Part shown: positions 45,617-55,925 of the stretch, in pieces
How the letters are laid out: each line of letters begins with the position of its first letter
Numbering within the stretch: the first letter of the stretch is position 1
From: Alphaproteobacteria bacterium
GTDB taxonomy: Bacteria; Pseudomonadota; Alphaproteobacteria; CALKHQ01
Length of the DNA: 64,000 nucleotides
NCBI GenBank assembly: GCA_965227515.1
Contig: CBDDFZ010000001.1
Coordinates: 544,001-608,000, forward strand
Direction of reading: 5' to 3'
Made by a program: the position numbers and the translations under genes
Notes under the pieces: generated by a model
What the model was told of the DNA's origin: nothing
Databases searched by the model: none
What the model saw: only the letters and a program-made list of their open reading frames with translations

Positions 45617-48223
45617 CTACTCGGCCGACAGTGCCTTCGGCGGCTCGTAGTCCAAGAAACGCTCGGGTATGGCGGTTGCCGCCTTGGCATCCAGCGGCAG
45701 CCTGACCACGAAGCGGGCGCCGGCCTCCTGGTTGGCATCGACCTCGATGCTGCCGCCATGGGTCTCGACCACGCTCTTGACCAGGGCGAGGCCAAGGCCC
45801 GGACCGGACCGCCGCGAGCGCGGGTCCAGCCTGACGAAGCTCTCGAACACCCGCTTGTGCGCCTTCTCCGGGATGCCGATACCGGTATCGGCCACCGCCA
45901 GCACCATGGTGTCGCGCTCGCGCGCCGCCGAAACCGTGACCCGCCCGCCGTTCGGGGTGAACTTGATGGCGTTGCTGATCAGGTTGAACAGCACCTGTTT
46001 CAGGCGACCCTCGTCGGCCACCACCTCGCCGACGTTGCGCGGGCAATCCAACTCGATCTCCAGGCCCTGCTTGCGCGCCCATTCGCGGGTGGTCGCCGCC
46101 ACGCTGTCCAGCAGGTCGGGGATCGACACATCGGTGAACTCCAGCTCGAACCGCCCGGCCTCGATGGATGCCAGGTCGAGAATGTCGTCGATCAGCGTCA
46201 GCAGGCGGTAGGACGCATCCAGGATGCCGCGGGTGTACTCGCCCTGGCGCTCGTTCAGCTCGCCGAAATAGCGGTTTTCCAGAATCTCGCAGAATCCGAT
46301 GATGGCGTTCAGCGGGGTCCGCAGTTCGTACGACACGTTGGCCAGGAACTCCGACTTCAGCACGTCGGCGGCCTCCAGCGCCTTGGTACGCTCCTCCAGC
46401 GCCCGGGCGACGCGGATGCCGTCGGTGACGTCGATATAGCTGAACAGCATGTTGCCGTCGGGCAGCGGCACCGCGGCGTAGTCCAGCACCGTGCCGTCGG
46501 CGCGTTCCACCTTGCCGGAACTGGCCCGCCGCTCGGTCACGTCGGTGATCATCTGGGTGCCGAAATTCCCTGAATCGTCGGCATCGTCGCGCAGCAGCGG
46601 CGCACACTGCTCCACGAAGTCGCGCACGTGCAGCTGGCTGTGGCCGTCGCTCAGGTCCAGGCTCCAGATCTTCTCGAACGACGGGTTGCTCAGCTTCAGC
46701 CGGCCGTCGCTGCCATAGACGGCGACGCCTTCGTGCATATTGTCCAAGGTCTCGCGGTGCACCGCGACCGAAGTGTGGTACGAGCGTTCGATCGCCAGCG
46801 TGTCGGTCACGTCCTCATAGGTGAACACCAGGCCGCCGAACGGATGCGGCGAGATCACCCGCCGCAGCGCCGTGCCGTCCGGCAGGTAAAGCTCGTCCTG
46901 CAGGGTCGAGAGCACGCTGTTGAACAGCTTCATCTGCTCGCGCTTGTAGGCCGGGAAGTCGGCGTATTCCGGCACCTTGCGCAGCTCGCGCAGCGCCTCC
47001 AGCACCTCGCCATAGGTGGGCCCGGCCTTCAGCCACTCGGAATCCAGGCGCCAGACCTCGGCATAGGCCGGGTTGTGGAAATTCATCCGCCCATCGGCGC
47101 CGAACATGGCGATGGGGATCGCCAGATTGCGCAGCACCGCGGCGTGCGCCTCGGTATGGCGCTGCAGGTCGGTGCGCGCATCCTCGATGTCGGTGCGGTC
47201 GACCGCGATGCCCGCCATCCTGCCGCCAAGCAGCGAGAACTCGGTGAAGCGCAGGAACCGCCGCGAGCCGCCGATGATGACATGGCCCTCGGCCTCCTGC
47301 ACCCGGCGGGTCCGGTCGACCTCGCGCGCCAGGTCGCGTCCGTCCGCGCCCAGCACGCCGGCGGCCAGCTCCCGCTGGCTGGCGACCGCGGCCTGGCCGT
47401 TGCCGGTGTCGACGCCCTGGCCATAGGCGGTGTTGGCATAGGTTAGGCGCAGGTCCGCATCGCGCAGCCAGACCGGCATCGGCAACGCATCCAGCAGGGC
47501 GGTCATGTCGTCGCGCACGTTCTCCAGCGCGCTCACACGCTGGTCCGCCTTGCGCAGGCGCTCGGCCAGTTCCGCGACCGGCAACAACCAGATCGCATCC
47601 TCCTTACGGCGACCCTCGCCACGGATGCCGACGGCGGCGAAATCGCGGCCATTGCCCCGGCTGCGCACGTCCAGGCGGAAGGGCGTGCCGTCGCCGCGCA
47701 GCGCCGCGATGGCGCGCTGCAGCGGCACCCGGTCGGCATCGCGGAACAGATCCAGGAAGCCCGCCAGGTCCATAGTGGCCCCAGGCGTCGAGGCTGCAGG
47801 GTTGGAGGGCGCCGATCCGGCGCCAGGCGCGGCGTCTTCCGCGGTGGCGGCCAGCTCGCCTGGCGATCCGGCCAAGAACACCAGGCGGTCGCGGTCCCAC
47901 GCCACCACGGCCACCGGTGCCGAGGTGAGGATGCCGTTGCCTTGGATACCGAACGGCTCCACCGGCTTGCGGCTGCGCCAAAGGAAGACGACCAGCGCGA
48001 CGCCGGCCAGGATGGCGGCGATGGCGAGCCCCAGAAAAACGCTGGCGATGTCCAGGCTGGGTCCGGCCGCACCACCGTCGCCCACCTGGGCGAGCGCGCG
48101 CGTCGGACCGGCCGCCAAGACGGCGACAACGATGGCTTTGATGTTGATCCAGCGCGCGGCCGATCGAGGGTGCGGTCCCACTGACCGCCCCAAAGGTCGC
48201 CGGGGGCGCGACGCGTAGGTCAT
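45617..48223 (-). CDS. divL: PAS-domain pseudo-histidine kinase DivL
   Basis: Multiple PAS domains; H-box NVSYELRTPL with Tyr in place of His; ahcY-divL-tsaE synteny; start uncertain. Confidence 0.85.
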   Translation of the reverse strand: MTYASRPRRPLGRSVGPHPRSAARWINIKAIVVAVLAAGPTRALAQVGDGGAAGPSLDIASVFLGLAIAAILAGVALVVFLWRSRKPVEPFGIQGNGILTSAPVAVVAWDRDRLVFLAGSPGELAATAEDAAPGAGSAPSNPAASTPGATMDLAGFLDLFRDADRVPLQRAIAALRGDGTPFRLDVRSRGNGRDFAAVGIRGEGRRKEDAIWLLPVAELAERLRKADQRVSALENVRDDMTALLDALPMPVWLRDADLRLTYANTAYGQGVDTGNGQAAVASQRELAAGVLGADGRDLAREVDRTRRVQEAEGHVIIGGSRRFLRFTEFSLLGGRMAGIAVDRTDIEDARTDLQRHTEAHAAVLRNLAIPIAMFGADGRMNFHNPAYAEVWRLDSEWLKAGPTYGEVLEALRELRKVPEYADFPAYKREQMKLFNSVLSTLQDELYLPDGTALRRVISPHPFGGLVFTYEDVTDTLAIERSYHTSVAVHRETLDNMHEGVAVYGSDGRLKLSNPSFEKIWSLDLSDGHSQLHVRDFVEQCAPLLRDDADDSGNFGTQMITDVTERRASSGKVERADGTVLDYAAVPLPDGNMLFSYIDVTDGIRVARALEERTKALEAADVLKSEFLANVSYELRTPLNAIIGFCEILENRYFGELNERQGEYTRGILDASYRLLTLIDDILDLASIEAGRFELEFTDVSIPDLLDSVAATTREWARKQGLEIELDCPRNVGEVVADEGRLKQVLFNLISNAIKFTPNGGRVTVSAARERDTMVLAVADTGIGIPEKAHKRVFESFVRLDPRSRRSGPGLGLALVKSVVETHGGSIEVDANQEAGARFVVRLPLDAKAATAIPERFLDYEPPKALSAE

Positions 48224-48303
48224 GCGGCCAATCTACGCCGATGCGCCCGGAGGCTCAATGCGCCCGGGCAATGCACCCGGGCAAGCATCCATTCTGGCGA
48301 AGG

Positions 48304-48468
48304 CTAGTGTGGTGGTTTCGAAGTTCGCCATACAACTGCGGTGGTGCCTGTGCGAACTTCGAAACCGAAAACCACACTAGAAACAATATGTTGCTAGTGT
48401 CCCAATCGAATCTGAAGTTCGATCGAGGCCAGCAAATACTATTACGAACTTCAGATTCGGGACACTAG
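48304..48468. repeat. 165-bp CTAG-bounded double-hairpin element (MITE/RIME-like)
   Basis: Two hairpins, each CTAGTGT...GAAGTTCG...CGAACTTC...ACACTAG, joined by an AT-rich 13-bp spacer. Confidence 0.85.
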
Positions 48469-49757
48469 TAGCGGTAATGGTCCGGCTTGAACGGGCCTTC
48501 GGTGGCGAGGCCCAGGTACGTAGCCTGCTTCTCGGTCAGCTCGCTCAGGTTCGCGCCGACCTTCTTCAGGTGCAGCCGGGCGACCTTCTCGTCCAGGTGC
48601 TTCGGCAGCACATAGACCTTGTTCTCGTAGTTGGCGTGGTTCTGCCACAGCTCGAGCTGCGCCATGGTCTGGTTGGTGAAGGATGCCGACATCACGAAGC
48701 TGGGGTGGCCGGTGGCGCAGCCCAGGTTCACCAGCCGGCCCTCGGCCAGCAGGATGATGCGCTTGCCGTCGGGGAACACCACCTCGTCCACCTGCGGCTT
48801 GATCGCCTCCCACTTCATGTTGCGCAGCCCATCGACGTCGATCTCGGTGTCGAAGTGGCCGATGTTGCAGACGATGGCGCGGTCCTTCATCGCGCGCATG
48901 TGGTCGACCTCGATGACGCCGACGTTGCCGGTGGCGGTGACGAAGATGTCGCCCTGCGGCGCCGCCTCTTCCATGGTCACCACCTGATAGCCCTCCATCG
49001 CCGCCTGCAAGGCGCAGATCGGATCGACCTCGGTCACCATCACCCGGCAGCCGGCATTGCGCAGCGAGGCGGCGGAGCCCTTGCCGACGTCGCCATAGCC
49101 GGCGACCACCGCCACCTTGCCCGACATCATCACGTCGGTGGCGCGGCGGATGCCGTCGACCAGGCTCTCGCGGCAGCCATACAGATTGTCGAACTTGGAC
49201 TTGGTCACGCTGTCGTTGACGTTGATCGCCGGCACCTTCAGCTCGCCCGACTTCTCCATCTCATAGAGGCGGTGCACGCCGGTGGTGGTCTCTTCCGACA
49301 GGCCGCGGATGTCGGCCATCAGCTCCGGATAGTTCTCGTGCATCCGCTTGGTCAGGTCGCCGCCGTCGTCCAGGATCAGGTTCGGGCGCCAGCCGTCCGG
49401 CCCCTCGATGGTCTGGTCGATCGCCCACCAGAACTCCTCGTCGTTCATGCCCTTCCAGGCGAACACCGGCACGCCGCGCTCGGCCACGGCGGCGGCGGCA
49501 TGGTCCTGGGTTGAGAAGATGTTGCACGACGACCAACGCACTTCCGCGCCAAGCTCGGTCAGGGTCTCGATCAGCACGGCGGTCTGGATCGTCATGTGCA
49601 GGCAGCCGACGATGCGCGCGCCGGCCAGCGGCTTGGCGGCGCCGAACTCCTCGCGGGTCGCCATCAGGCCCGGCATTTCGGTCTCGGCGATCGCGATCTC
49701 CTTGCGACCCCAATCGGCCAGGCTCATGTCGGCGACTTTGAAGTCCTGCACGGTCAT
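48465..49757 (-). CDS. ahcY: Adenosylhomocysteinase
   Basis: [46 protein letters not shown]. Confidence 0.99.
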   Translation of the reverse strand: MTVQDFKVADMSLADWGRKEIAIAETEMPGLMATREEFGAAKPLAGARIVGCLHMTIQTAVLIETLTELGAEVRWSSCNIFSTQDHAAAAVAERGVPVFAWKGMNDEEFWWAIDQTIEGPDGWRPNLILDDGGDLTKRMHENYPELMADIRGLSEETTTGVHRLYEMEKSGELKVPAINVNDSVTKSKFDNLYGCRESLVDGIRRATDVMMSGKVAVVAGYGDVGKGSAASLRNAGCRVMVTEVDPICALQAAMEGYQVVTMEEAAPQGDIFVTATGNVGVIEVDHMRAMKDRAIVCNIGHFDTEIDVDGLRNMKWEAIKPQVDEVVFPDGKRIILLAEGRLVNLGCATGHPSFVMSASFTNQTMAQLELWQNHANYENKVYVLPKHLDEKVARLHLKKVGANLSELTEKQATYLGLATEGPFKPDHYRY

Positions 49758-49919
49758 TTCTACGGCTCCTGAATAAGGGATGGCGCGCCTCGCGGCTCGT
49801 TATGGCCTCAAACCCCAATGGGTCGGCGCGGGCGTATGTAAGGCGGCGATGCGCTATAGCAGAGCGGGTGCGCCCAAACAACCGTAGCTGGCGCTGCACG
49901 AAATCCGGCCGGTCGAAGC

Positions 49920-50243
49920 TCAGCCTTGCGGCGGGTCGTCCTGGTCCTCGTAGAAGCCGGCGGCGACCAGCGCGCACAGCGCCTCCAGGGCCAGAACCGC
50001 CTCGCGCCCCGCCACGCGCACCTCCAACGAGCTTCCCGGCCCGGCACCCAGGTACATCAGCCCCATGATGCTGCGCCCGTCGACAACGGTATCGCCACGG
50101 GCGATCTCCACCGCGCAATCGAACTGCTCGGCCAGCTTGGTGAACTTGGCGGCGGCGCGGGCGTGCAGGCCCTTCTTGTTGCAAACCTCGACCCGGCCGA
50201 CCAGTTGGTCGCCCACGGAACCGCCGGACGAACTGCCAGACAT
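49920..50243 (-). CDS. ptsH: HPr/NPr phosphocarrier
   Basis: NKKGLHARAA (His15) and GRSIMGLM (Ser46). Confidence 0.9.
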   Translation of the reverse strand: MSGSSSGGSVGDQLVGRVEVCNKKGLHARAAAKFTKLAEQFDCAVEIARGDTVVDGRSIMGLMYLGAGPGSSLEVRVAGREAVLALEALCALVAAGFYEDQDDPPQG

Positions 50244-50269
50244 CTCGCCAGGCGGTTCGCCGCTGCCGC

Positions 50270-50671
50270 TCACACGCTCTCCAGCAGCTTGGACGCAACG
50301 TTGATGTACTTGCGCCCGGCCGCCTGGGCCTGGTCCACCGCGTCGGCCAGCGATGCCTCGCCGCGCACGCTGGCCAGCTTGATCAGCATCGGCAGGTTGA
50401 CGCCGGCGATGACCTCGACCTTGCCTTCGCTCATGGCGGAGATGGACAGGTTGGACGGCGTGCCGCCGAACATATCGGTCAGCACGATCACCCCGTCGCC
50501 GGTGTCGGCCGCGGCGATGCTGTCGACAATGTCCTGACGGCGCTGTTCCATGTCGTCGTTGGGGCCGATGCACACGGTTTCGATCCCCGTCTGCGCGCCC
50601 ATCACATGCACCAGGGCGGCAATGAATTCCTCAGCCAACCGGCCGTGGGTGACCAGCACCAGTCCAATCAT
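50270..50671 (-). CDS. PTS EIIA, mannose/fructose type (ManX-like)
   Basis: LVTHG, TDMFGGTPSN, GVNLPML. Confidence 0.92.
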   Translation of the reverse strand: MIGLVLVTHGRLAEEFIAALVHVMGAQTGIETVCIGPNDDMEQRRQDIVDSIAAADTGDGVIVLTDMFGGTPSNLSISAMSEGKVEVIAGVNLPMLIKLASVRGEASLADAVDQAQAAGRKYINVASKLLESV

Positions 50672-50710
50672 TGCATTCGATCCAATTCCCTCTCGGGCCA
50701 ATAACCCCGT

Positions 50711-51652
50711 TCAAGTCCGGGCGGCGTCGGCGTCGGCGGCACCCAGGTCGCGGTGCAGCGCGGTCACCATCCAGTCCCGCTCGCTCAGCCAGTCCGCCAG
50801 ACGGCGCGTAACATAGACCGAGCGGTGGCGTCCACCCGTACACCCAACCGAGATGGTCAGATAGCTTTTCCCTTCGCTGGCATAGCGCGGCAACAGTTCC
50901 GCGATCAAGCCGGTCAGCCGCTCGAAGAAGTCGGCAAAGCCCGGGTCGGCGGCCACATAGTCCGCCACCGGCGCGTCCAGGCCGGTCATCGGCCTGAGTT
51001 CGGCGTCGTAGTGTGGGTTGCGCAGGAAGCGGACGTCGAACACCAGGTCGGATTCCCGCGGCAGGCCGCGCTTGTAGGAGAACGACTGCACGAACACGGC
51101 CAGCGTCGGCGCGGTTCCGCCGAACGCCGCCATCAGGCGCGAGCGCAGGTCGGCGGGGGCCGATTGCGAGGTGTCGATCACGATGTCGGCAAGCTCGCGC
51201 AGCGGCGCCAGGCGCTTGCGCTCCAGCGATATGCCGTCGGCGACAGGCCGGTCGATGGCCAGCGGGTGGCGGCGGCGCGTCTCGGTGAAGCGCCGCATCA
51301 GCACGTCGGAATCGCAGTCCAGGAACACCACCGAGACCATCAGCCGGGCCTGGGCCGCCAGCGCGCCGATCTGGCCGATGAATTGCTCGGCGTCGAAGTC
51401 GCGGGTGCGGATGTCGATGCCGATGGCCAGCCGTGCCGGTGCGTTGCCGCCGGCGACCACGTTCTCCAGCAGCGACAGCGGCAGGTTGTCCACCGCCTCG
51501 TAGCCGGCGTCCTCCAGGATGTTCAGCGCAGTCGAGCGGCCGGCGCCGGACATGCCGGTCACCAGCACCAGCTGCGTCGCCCGTTCGCCAGTGTCGGGGG
51601 TGTCGGTAGTGTCGGCCATATCGGCGCCGCCCCCGGCTTCGCTGCCGCTCAT
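50711..51652 (-). CDS. rapZ: RNase adapter RapZ (YvcJ/YhbJ)
   Basis: GMSGAGRS, VDNLP, ETRRRHPL, FDVRFLRNP, GCTGGRHRS. Confidence 0.95.
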   Translation of the reverse strand: MSGSEAGGGADMADTTDTPDTGERATQLVLVTGMSGAGRSTALNILEDAGYEAVDNLPLSLLENVVAGGNAPARLAIGIDIRTRDFDAEQFIGQIGALAAQARLMVSVVFLDCDSDVLMRRFTETRRRHPLAIDRPVADGISLERKRLAPLRELADIVIDTSQSAPADLRSRLMAAFGGTAPTLAVFVQSFSYKRGLPRESDLVFDVRFLRNPHYDAELRPMTGLDAPVADYVAADPGFADFFERLTGLIAELLPRYASEGKSYLTISVGCTGGRHRSVYVTRRLADWLSERDWMVTALHRDLGAADADAART

Positions 51653-52065
51653 GTGGCCATCGCCCCGGCCAATGCGATCTTCACCTTGGCCACCGCCGAT
51701 GCCTCGAACGGGTCGAGCGCCAGGGTCGCGATCGCGCACCCCGCCAGCTCGGCCGTGGTGGCCTGTGGCAGCCGCTCGACGTCCACCGCTGCGACCAGGT
51801 CGATCGCCAGCGCCAGGCGTGCCTCGCCCAGATACGCGACCCGCATCAGGCCGACGCCACGCACTTCCAGCATGCCGGCCAGCGCAGCCGGCGCGCTGGC
51901 GTAGACCTGCCCGTCGCGCGCCGCCAGATCGACCCGGTCGTCGGCCACCAGCACGCCGCCGGCATCGATCAGCCTGAGCGCCAGATCGGACTTGCCGGCG
52001 CCCGAAGGCCCGCGCAGCAGCACACCGTGGTCGTCCAGGGCAACGCAGGCGGCGTGGATCTGCAC
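51649..52065 (-). CDS. hprK: Short alphaproteobacterial HPr kinase/phosphorylase
   Basis: HAACV, GPSGAGKSDLAL, LVADD, LEVRGVG. Confidence 0.88.
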   Translation of the reverse strand: MQIHAACVALDDHGVLLRGPSGAGKSDLALRLIDAGGVLVADDRVDLAARDGQVYASAPAALAGMLEVRGVGLMRVAYLGEARLALAIDLVAAVDVERLPQATTAELAGCAIATLALDPFEASAVAKVKIALAGAMAT

Positions 52066-52072
52066 GGGGCCG

Positions 52073-52630
52073 TCAGCCTTTCACCAGGTTCAGCAGCGAC
52101 GGGCGGTAGTGCGCCACCGGCGGCACGCCCGTATCCGGCACCTTGGCCAGGTCGTCGCAACGGCGCAGCAGCACCGCGTCCTCGGCAAAGGGCCGCGCCA
52201 TGAAGGCATCCATCGCCGCCGCGTCCATCGGGCCGCCCTGCAGCTCCAGGCTCAGCACCGATGCCGGCGACAGCCCGTCGAAATAGGTGGCGTCGGCAGC
52301 GCACAGATAGCGCTTGGCATCGACATGCAGGCGGATCGGCTCGGTCATTTCCGGCCCGAACCAGCGCGCCAGATAATCGGCGGCGACGTGCTCGTGCTCG
52401 CCGTCGATGCCGTTGGCGGCAGTGGTTTCGTCCTCATGGCCCATGAGGTGGCCGATGTCGTGCAACAGGCCGGCGGCAACCAGCGCGTCCCGCCCGGGCA
52501 CCTGTTCGGCGAGGTGTGCCGCCGTCTGCAGCATGTGCTCGGCCTGGGTCACCGGCTCGGAGAAATAGGCATTGCCACCGCCGTCCCGCAGCAGGACCAG
52601 CAGCGTGTCGACGATCGGATTTCCGGCCAT
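52073..52630 (-). CDS. HD-domain protein, PhnZ/TmpB-like
   Basis: VTQAEHMLQ, LLHDIGH, HEH, LHVDAKRYLC, SLELQGG, RRCDDLAK. Confidence 0.85.
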   Translation of the reverse strand: MAGNPIVDTLLVLLRDGGGNAYFSEPVTQAEHMLQTAAHLAEQVPGRDALVAAGLLHDIGHLMGHEDETTAANGIDGEHEHVAADYLARWFGPEMTEPIRLHVDAKRYLCAADATYFDGLSPASVLSLELQGGPMDAAAMDAFMARPFAEDAVLLRRCDDLAKVPDTGVPPVAHYRPSLLNLVKG

Positions 52631-52631
52631 C

Positions 52632-54290
52632 TCAGAACAGCTCCCCTTGCTGTCTTGCCGGTTTGTCGGCTGGGGACTTGCTGGCCGTTTGCTTCTTTGC
52701 CGTTTGTATCTTAGCCGGGGCCTTGCCCGCCGGGGCACCTGACACAACCGCCGGCACCTCGGCATCGGGTCCGTCGGCGAATTCGATCCGCACCTCGTCG
52801 CCCGCGCGCAGCACACCGGCCCGGGTCACCGGTTTGCGCGCGGCATCGCGGACCACGGCGAAGCCGCGCGCCAGCACCGCGCGATAGGACAGGCTCTCCA
52901 GCGTGCGGCCCTGGGCAGACAGGTCGCGCCGGCGGCTTTCCAGCCCGCGCGCCACCGCCGCCGCCATCCGCGCCTCGAGGTCGGGGAGCTGACGGCGATA
53001 CTGCCGCGCCTGTACCGCCAGCCGGTCGGGCGACAGCCGCGACGCCACATTGCCGAGCCGGCGGTCAGCCCGGCCGAGAGCGCGCTCATAGGCGGCAGCC
53101 AGGCGCTGGCTTGCCAGCCCCAGGGTCGCGCGCTGCGCCGCCACCCGCTCGCGCGGGCTGGTCAGGCGGCCGGACGCGATCTCCAGGCGATGGCGGGCGG
53201 CGCGCAACGCTGCGGCGGCATCCTTGCGGGTCGCCTCCCAGCGGTCGTCGAGCCGCTGCCATGCCGCTTGCAACAGGCGCTCCGGCTCGGGCAAGCCACG
53301 GGCGAGCCCGGTCAGATAGTTGCGCCGCTCGGCCATCAGCCGGGTCAGACCGCGACGCAGACGGGCCTCGTCCTCGCCGACGCGGGCGGCCAGGTCGGCG
53401 CGCACCGGCACCGCCATCTCGGCGGCGGCGGTCGGCGTCGGCGCGCGCACGTCGGCGGCGAAGTCGATCAGCGTGGTGTCGGTCTCGTGGCCGACGGCGG
53501 AGATCAGCGGAATGGCGGAGGCCGCCGCTGCCCGCACCACCTCCTCCTCGTTGAAGGCCCACAGATCCTCCAGCGAGCCGCCACCGCGCGCGACGATGAT
53601 CAGGTCCGGGCGCGGCGGGTCGCCATCTTCGGCCAGCGCGTTGAAGCCGGCGATGGCGGCGGCCACCTGGCCAGCGGCGGCTTCGCCCTGCACCACAACG
53701 GGCCACACCAGCACCGGGCGCGGAAAGCGGTCGGCCAGCCGGTGCAGGATGTCGCGGATCACCGCCCCGGTGGGCGAGGTGACGACGCCAATCACCTCGG
53801 GCAGGAACGGCAGCGCCTGCTTGCGCTCGGCATCGAACAGACCCTCTTCGGCCAGCTTGCGGCGGCGCTCCTCCAACAGCTTCAGCAGCGCGCCTTCGCC
53901 GGCCATCTCCATGCTGTCGATGACGATCTGGTAGGTCGAGCGCCCGGCATAGGTGGTCAGCCGGCCGGTGACCACGACCTCCAGCCCCTCTTCCGGCCGC
54001 ACGCCGAGACGTCCCACGGTGCCGCGCCAGACGACCCCGTCCAGCACCGCCTTGTCGTCCTTCAGCTTCAAATAGCAGTGGCCGGAGGCGGGGAAGCTCG
54101 GCCGCGAGATCTCGCCGCGCACGCGCACATGGCCGAACTCGCCCTCGATGGTCTGCTTCAGCGCCCGCGACAGGTCGCTGACCGACTGCACCGGGACGTT
54201 GCCCAGCGGATCGGGGCCTTCAGTATTCAGGTCCGGCTCGCCGGGCGCGCCCGGCGGAAAGCGAGAATCGAATTTGCCACCGCTCATCAT
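52632..54290 (-). CDS. xseA: Exodeoxyribonuclease VII large subunit
   Basis: GEIS..SGHCY, TSPTGAVIRDI, RGGGSLEDL, GHETD, PTPTAAAE. Confidence 0.96.
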   Translation of the reverse strand: MMSGGKFDSRFPPGAPGEPDLNTEGPDPLGNVPVQSVSDLSRALKQTIEGEFGHVRVRGEISRPSFPASGHCYLKLKDDKAVLDGVVWRGTVGRLGVRPEEGLEVVVTGRLTTYAGRSTYQIVIDSMEMAGEGALLKLLEERRRKLAEEGLFDAERKQALPFLPEVIGVVTSPTGAVIRDILHRLADRFPRPVLVWPVVVQGEAAAGQVAAAIAGFNALAEDGDPPRPDLIIVARGGGSLEDLWAFNEEEVVRAAAASAIPLISAVGHETDTTLIDFAADVRAPTPTAAAEMAVPVRADLAARVGEDEARLRRGLTRLMAERRNYLTGLARGLPEPERLLQAAWQRLDDRWEATRKDAAAALRAARHRLEIASGRLTSPRERVAAQRATLGLASQRLAAAYERALGRADRRLGNVASRLSPDRLAVQARQYRRQLPDLEARMAAAVARGLESRRRDLSAQGRTLESLSYRAVLARGFAVVRDAARKPVTRAGVLRAGDEVRIEFADGPDAEVPAVVSGAPAGKAPAKIQTAKKQTASKSPADKPARQQGELF

Positions 54291-54339
54291 GGGCTACTAT
54301 CTACGCCAACCATGACAGTTTTCGAAGCGGGGAGCGCAC

Positions 54340-55617
54340 ATGCGGGTTCTGGTGGTGGGGTCAGGCGGGCGCGAGCACGCGATCTGCGCGAAACTGGCGC
54401 GCGATGCCGGCATCTCGGCGGTGTGGTGCGCGCCGGGCAGCGCCGGCATCGCCCAGGACGCGACCTGCGTGGACGTCGCCGTCACCGACCTTGACGGGCT
54501 GGTCGAGGCCGCGCGGGCGCAGGCCGTCGACATCGTCGTTGTCGGGCCGGAGGCACCGCTGGTGGCGGGGCTGGTCGACCGTCTGGACGCGGCGGGCATC
54601 CCGGTGCTGGGGCCGACCGCGGCCGCCGCGCAACTGGAAGGCTCCAAGGCCTTCACCAAGGATTTGTGCGCGCGGGTCGGCATCCCCACCGCCGCCTATG
54701 GCCGCTTCTCCGAGCCGGCAGGCGCCAAGGCGTTCGCCGAGGATCTGGGCGCACCTCTGGTGGTGAAGGCGGACGGGCTTGCCGCCGGCAAGGGCGTCGT
54801 CATCGCCGAGACCATGGCCGCCGCCCATGATGCCATCGACGGCATGCTGACGGCAGGGCGGTTCGGCGACGCCGGCGCCGAGATCGTGGTCGAGGCGTTC
54901 CTGGAGGGCGAGGAGATCAGCCTGTTCGCGCTGAGCGACGGTGCCGCCGTGGTGCCGTTCGGCTCGGCCCAGGACCACAAGCGCGCATTCGATGGCGACC
55001 AGGGCCCCAACACCGGCGGCATGGGCGCCTATGGGCCGGCGCCGCGCATGGACGACACCCTGACCGCCGAGGTCATGCACCGCATCATTCACCCCACGGT
55101 GGCGGAGATGGCGCGGATGGGCATGCCGTTCCGCGGCTTCCTGTTCGCTGGCCTCATCCTGACCGACCACGGGCCGCAATTGCTGGAATACAACGTGCGC
55201 CTGGGCGACCCGGAGGCGCAGGTGGTGCTGGGCCTGCTCAACACCGACATGGCCGACATCCTGGGCGCGGTCGCCAAGGGCTCCATCGCCGACCTCAGGC
55301 TGGACTGGGCCGACGAGGTCGGGCTCAGCGTGGTGATGGCGACCAACGGCTATCCCGGCGCCTATGTCCGCGGCAGCGAGATCGCGGGGGTCGAGGACGC
55401 CGCCGCCCGGCCGGGGGTGCGCATCTATCACGCCGGCACGTCGGGCGGCCCCGGCGCCTGGCGCGCCAATGGCGGCCGGGTGCTGAACGTGGTCGGCACC
55501 GGGCCGGACTTCGCCACCGCGCGCGAACGGGCCTATGGCGCGGTCGACGCCATCGACTGGCCGGACGGCTTCTGCCGCCGCGACATCGGCTGGCGGGTGG
55601 TGGGAGCAGGCGGTTAG
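54340..55617 (+). CDS. purD: Phosphoribosylamine--glycine ligase
   Basis: [38 protein letters not shown]. Confidence 0.98.
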   Translation: MRVLVVGSGGREHAICAKLARDAGISAVWCAPGSAGIAQDATCVDVAVTDLDGLVEAARAQAVDIVVVGPEAPLVAGLVDRLDAAGIPVLGPTAAAAQLEGSKAFTKDLCARVGIPTAAYGRFSEPAGAKAFAEDLGAPLVVKADGLAAGKGVVIAETMAAAHDAIDGMLTAGRFGDAGAEIVVEAFLEGEEISLFALSDGAAVVPFGSAQDHKRAFDGDQGPNTGGMGAYGPAPRMDDTLTAEVMHRIIHPTVAEMARMGMPFRGFLFAGLILTDHGPQLLEYNVRLGDPEAQVVLGLLNTDMADILGAVAKGSIADLRLDWADEVGLSVVMATNGYPGAYVRGSEIAGVEDAAARPGVRIYHAGTSGGPGAWRANGGRVLNVVGTGPDFATARERAYGAVDAIDWPDGFCRRDIGWRVVGAGG

Positions 55618-55649
55618 CGCGCTCTGGGCGGCGTAGTTATCGCGATTGC

Positions 55650-55791
55650 CCCCTCACCCTCCCAAACCTATCGGTTCGGGCCCCTCCCTCTCCCACGGGG
55701 AGAGGGGACCCGCCGGCGCGCCTTCAACCCCTCTCCCGCATCGTGGGAGAGGGAGGGGCCCGGCCGGCGGAGCCGGACGGGAGGGTGAGGG
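55650..55791. repeat. ~140-bp composite palindromic repeat; copy 2
   Basis: First ~47 bp identical to the start of the 178-319 copy; same right arm; divergent central spacer. Confidence 0.85.
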
Positions 55792-55821
55792 CCGGCGCAA
55801 GACCTTGCTGGCAGGCCGCAC

Positions 55822-55850
55822 AAAAAATCCCCGGCACCGAGGCGCCGGGG
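55822..55850 (-). terminator. Rho-independent terminator for the 55926-56942 gene
   Basis: On the minus strand: CCCCGGCGCC/GGTGCCGGGG stem followed by ATTTTTT. Confidence 0.7.
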
Positions 55851-55925
55851 TGAGTCAGTCACGTGATGGGAGCAGATCTCCTCCACGCCGCCGGAATGGC
55901 GGCGCGCCGGAGGTGTGAGCCTCGC

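Noticed and set aside
49758-49919. SAH/SAM riboswitch upstream of ahcY
   Set aside because: Could not match the conserved SAH or SAM-SAH motifs by eye; an Rfam scan would settle it
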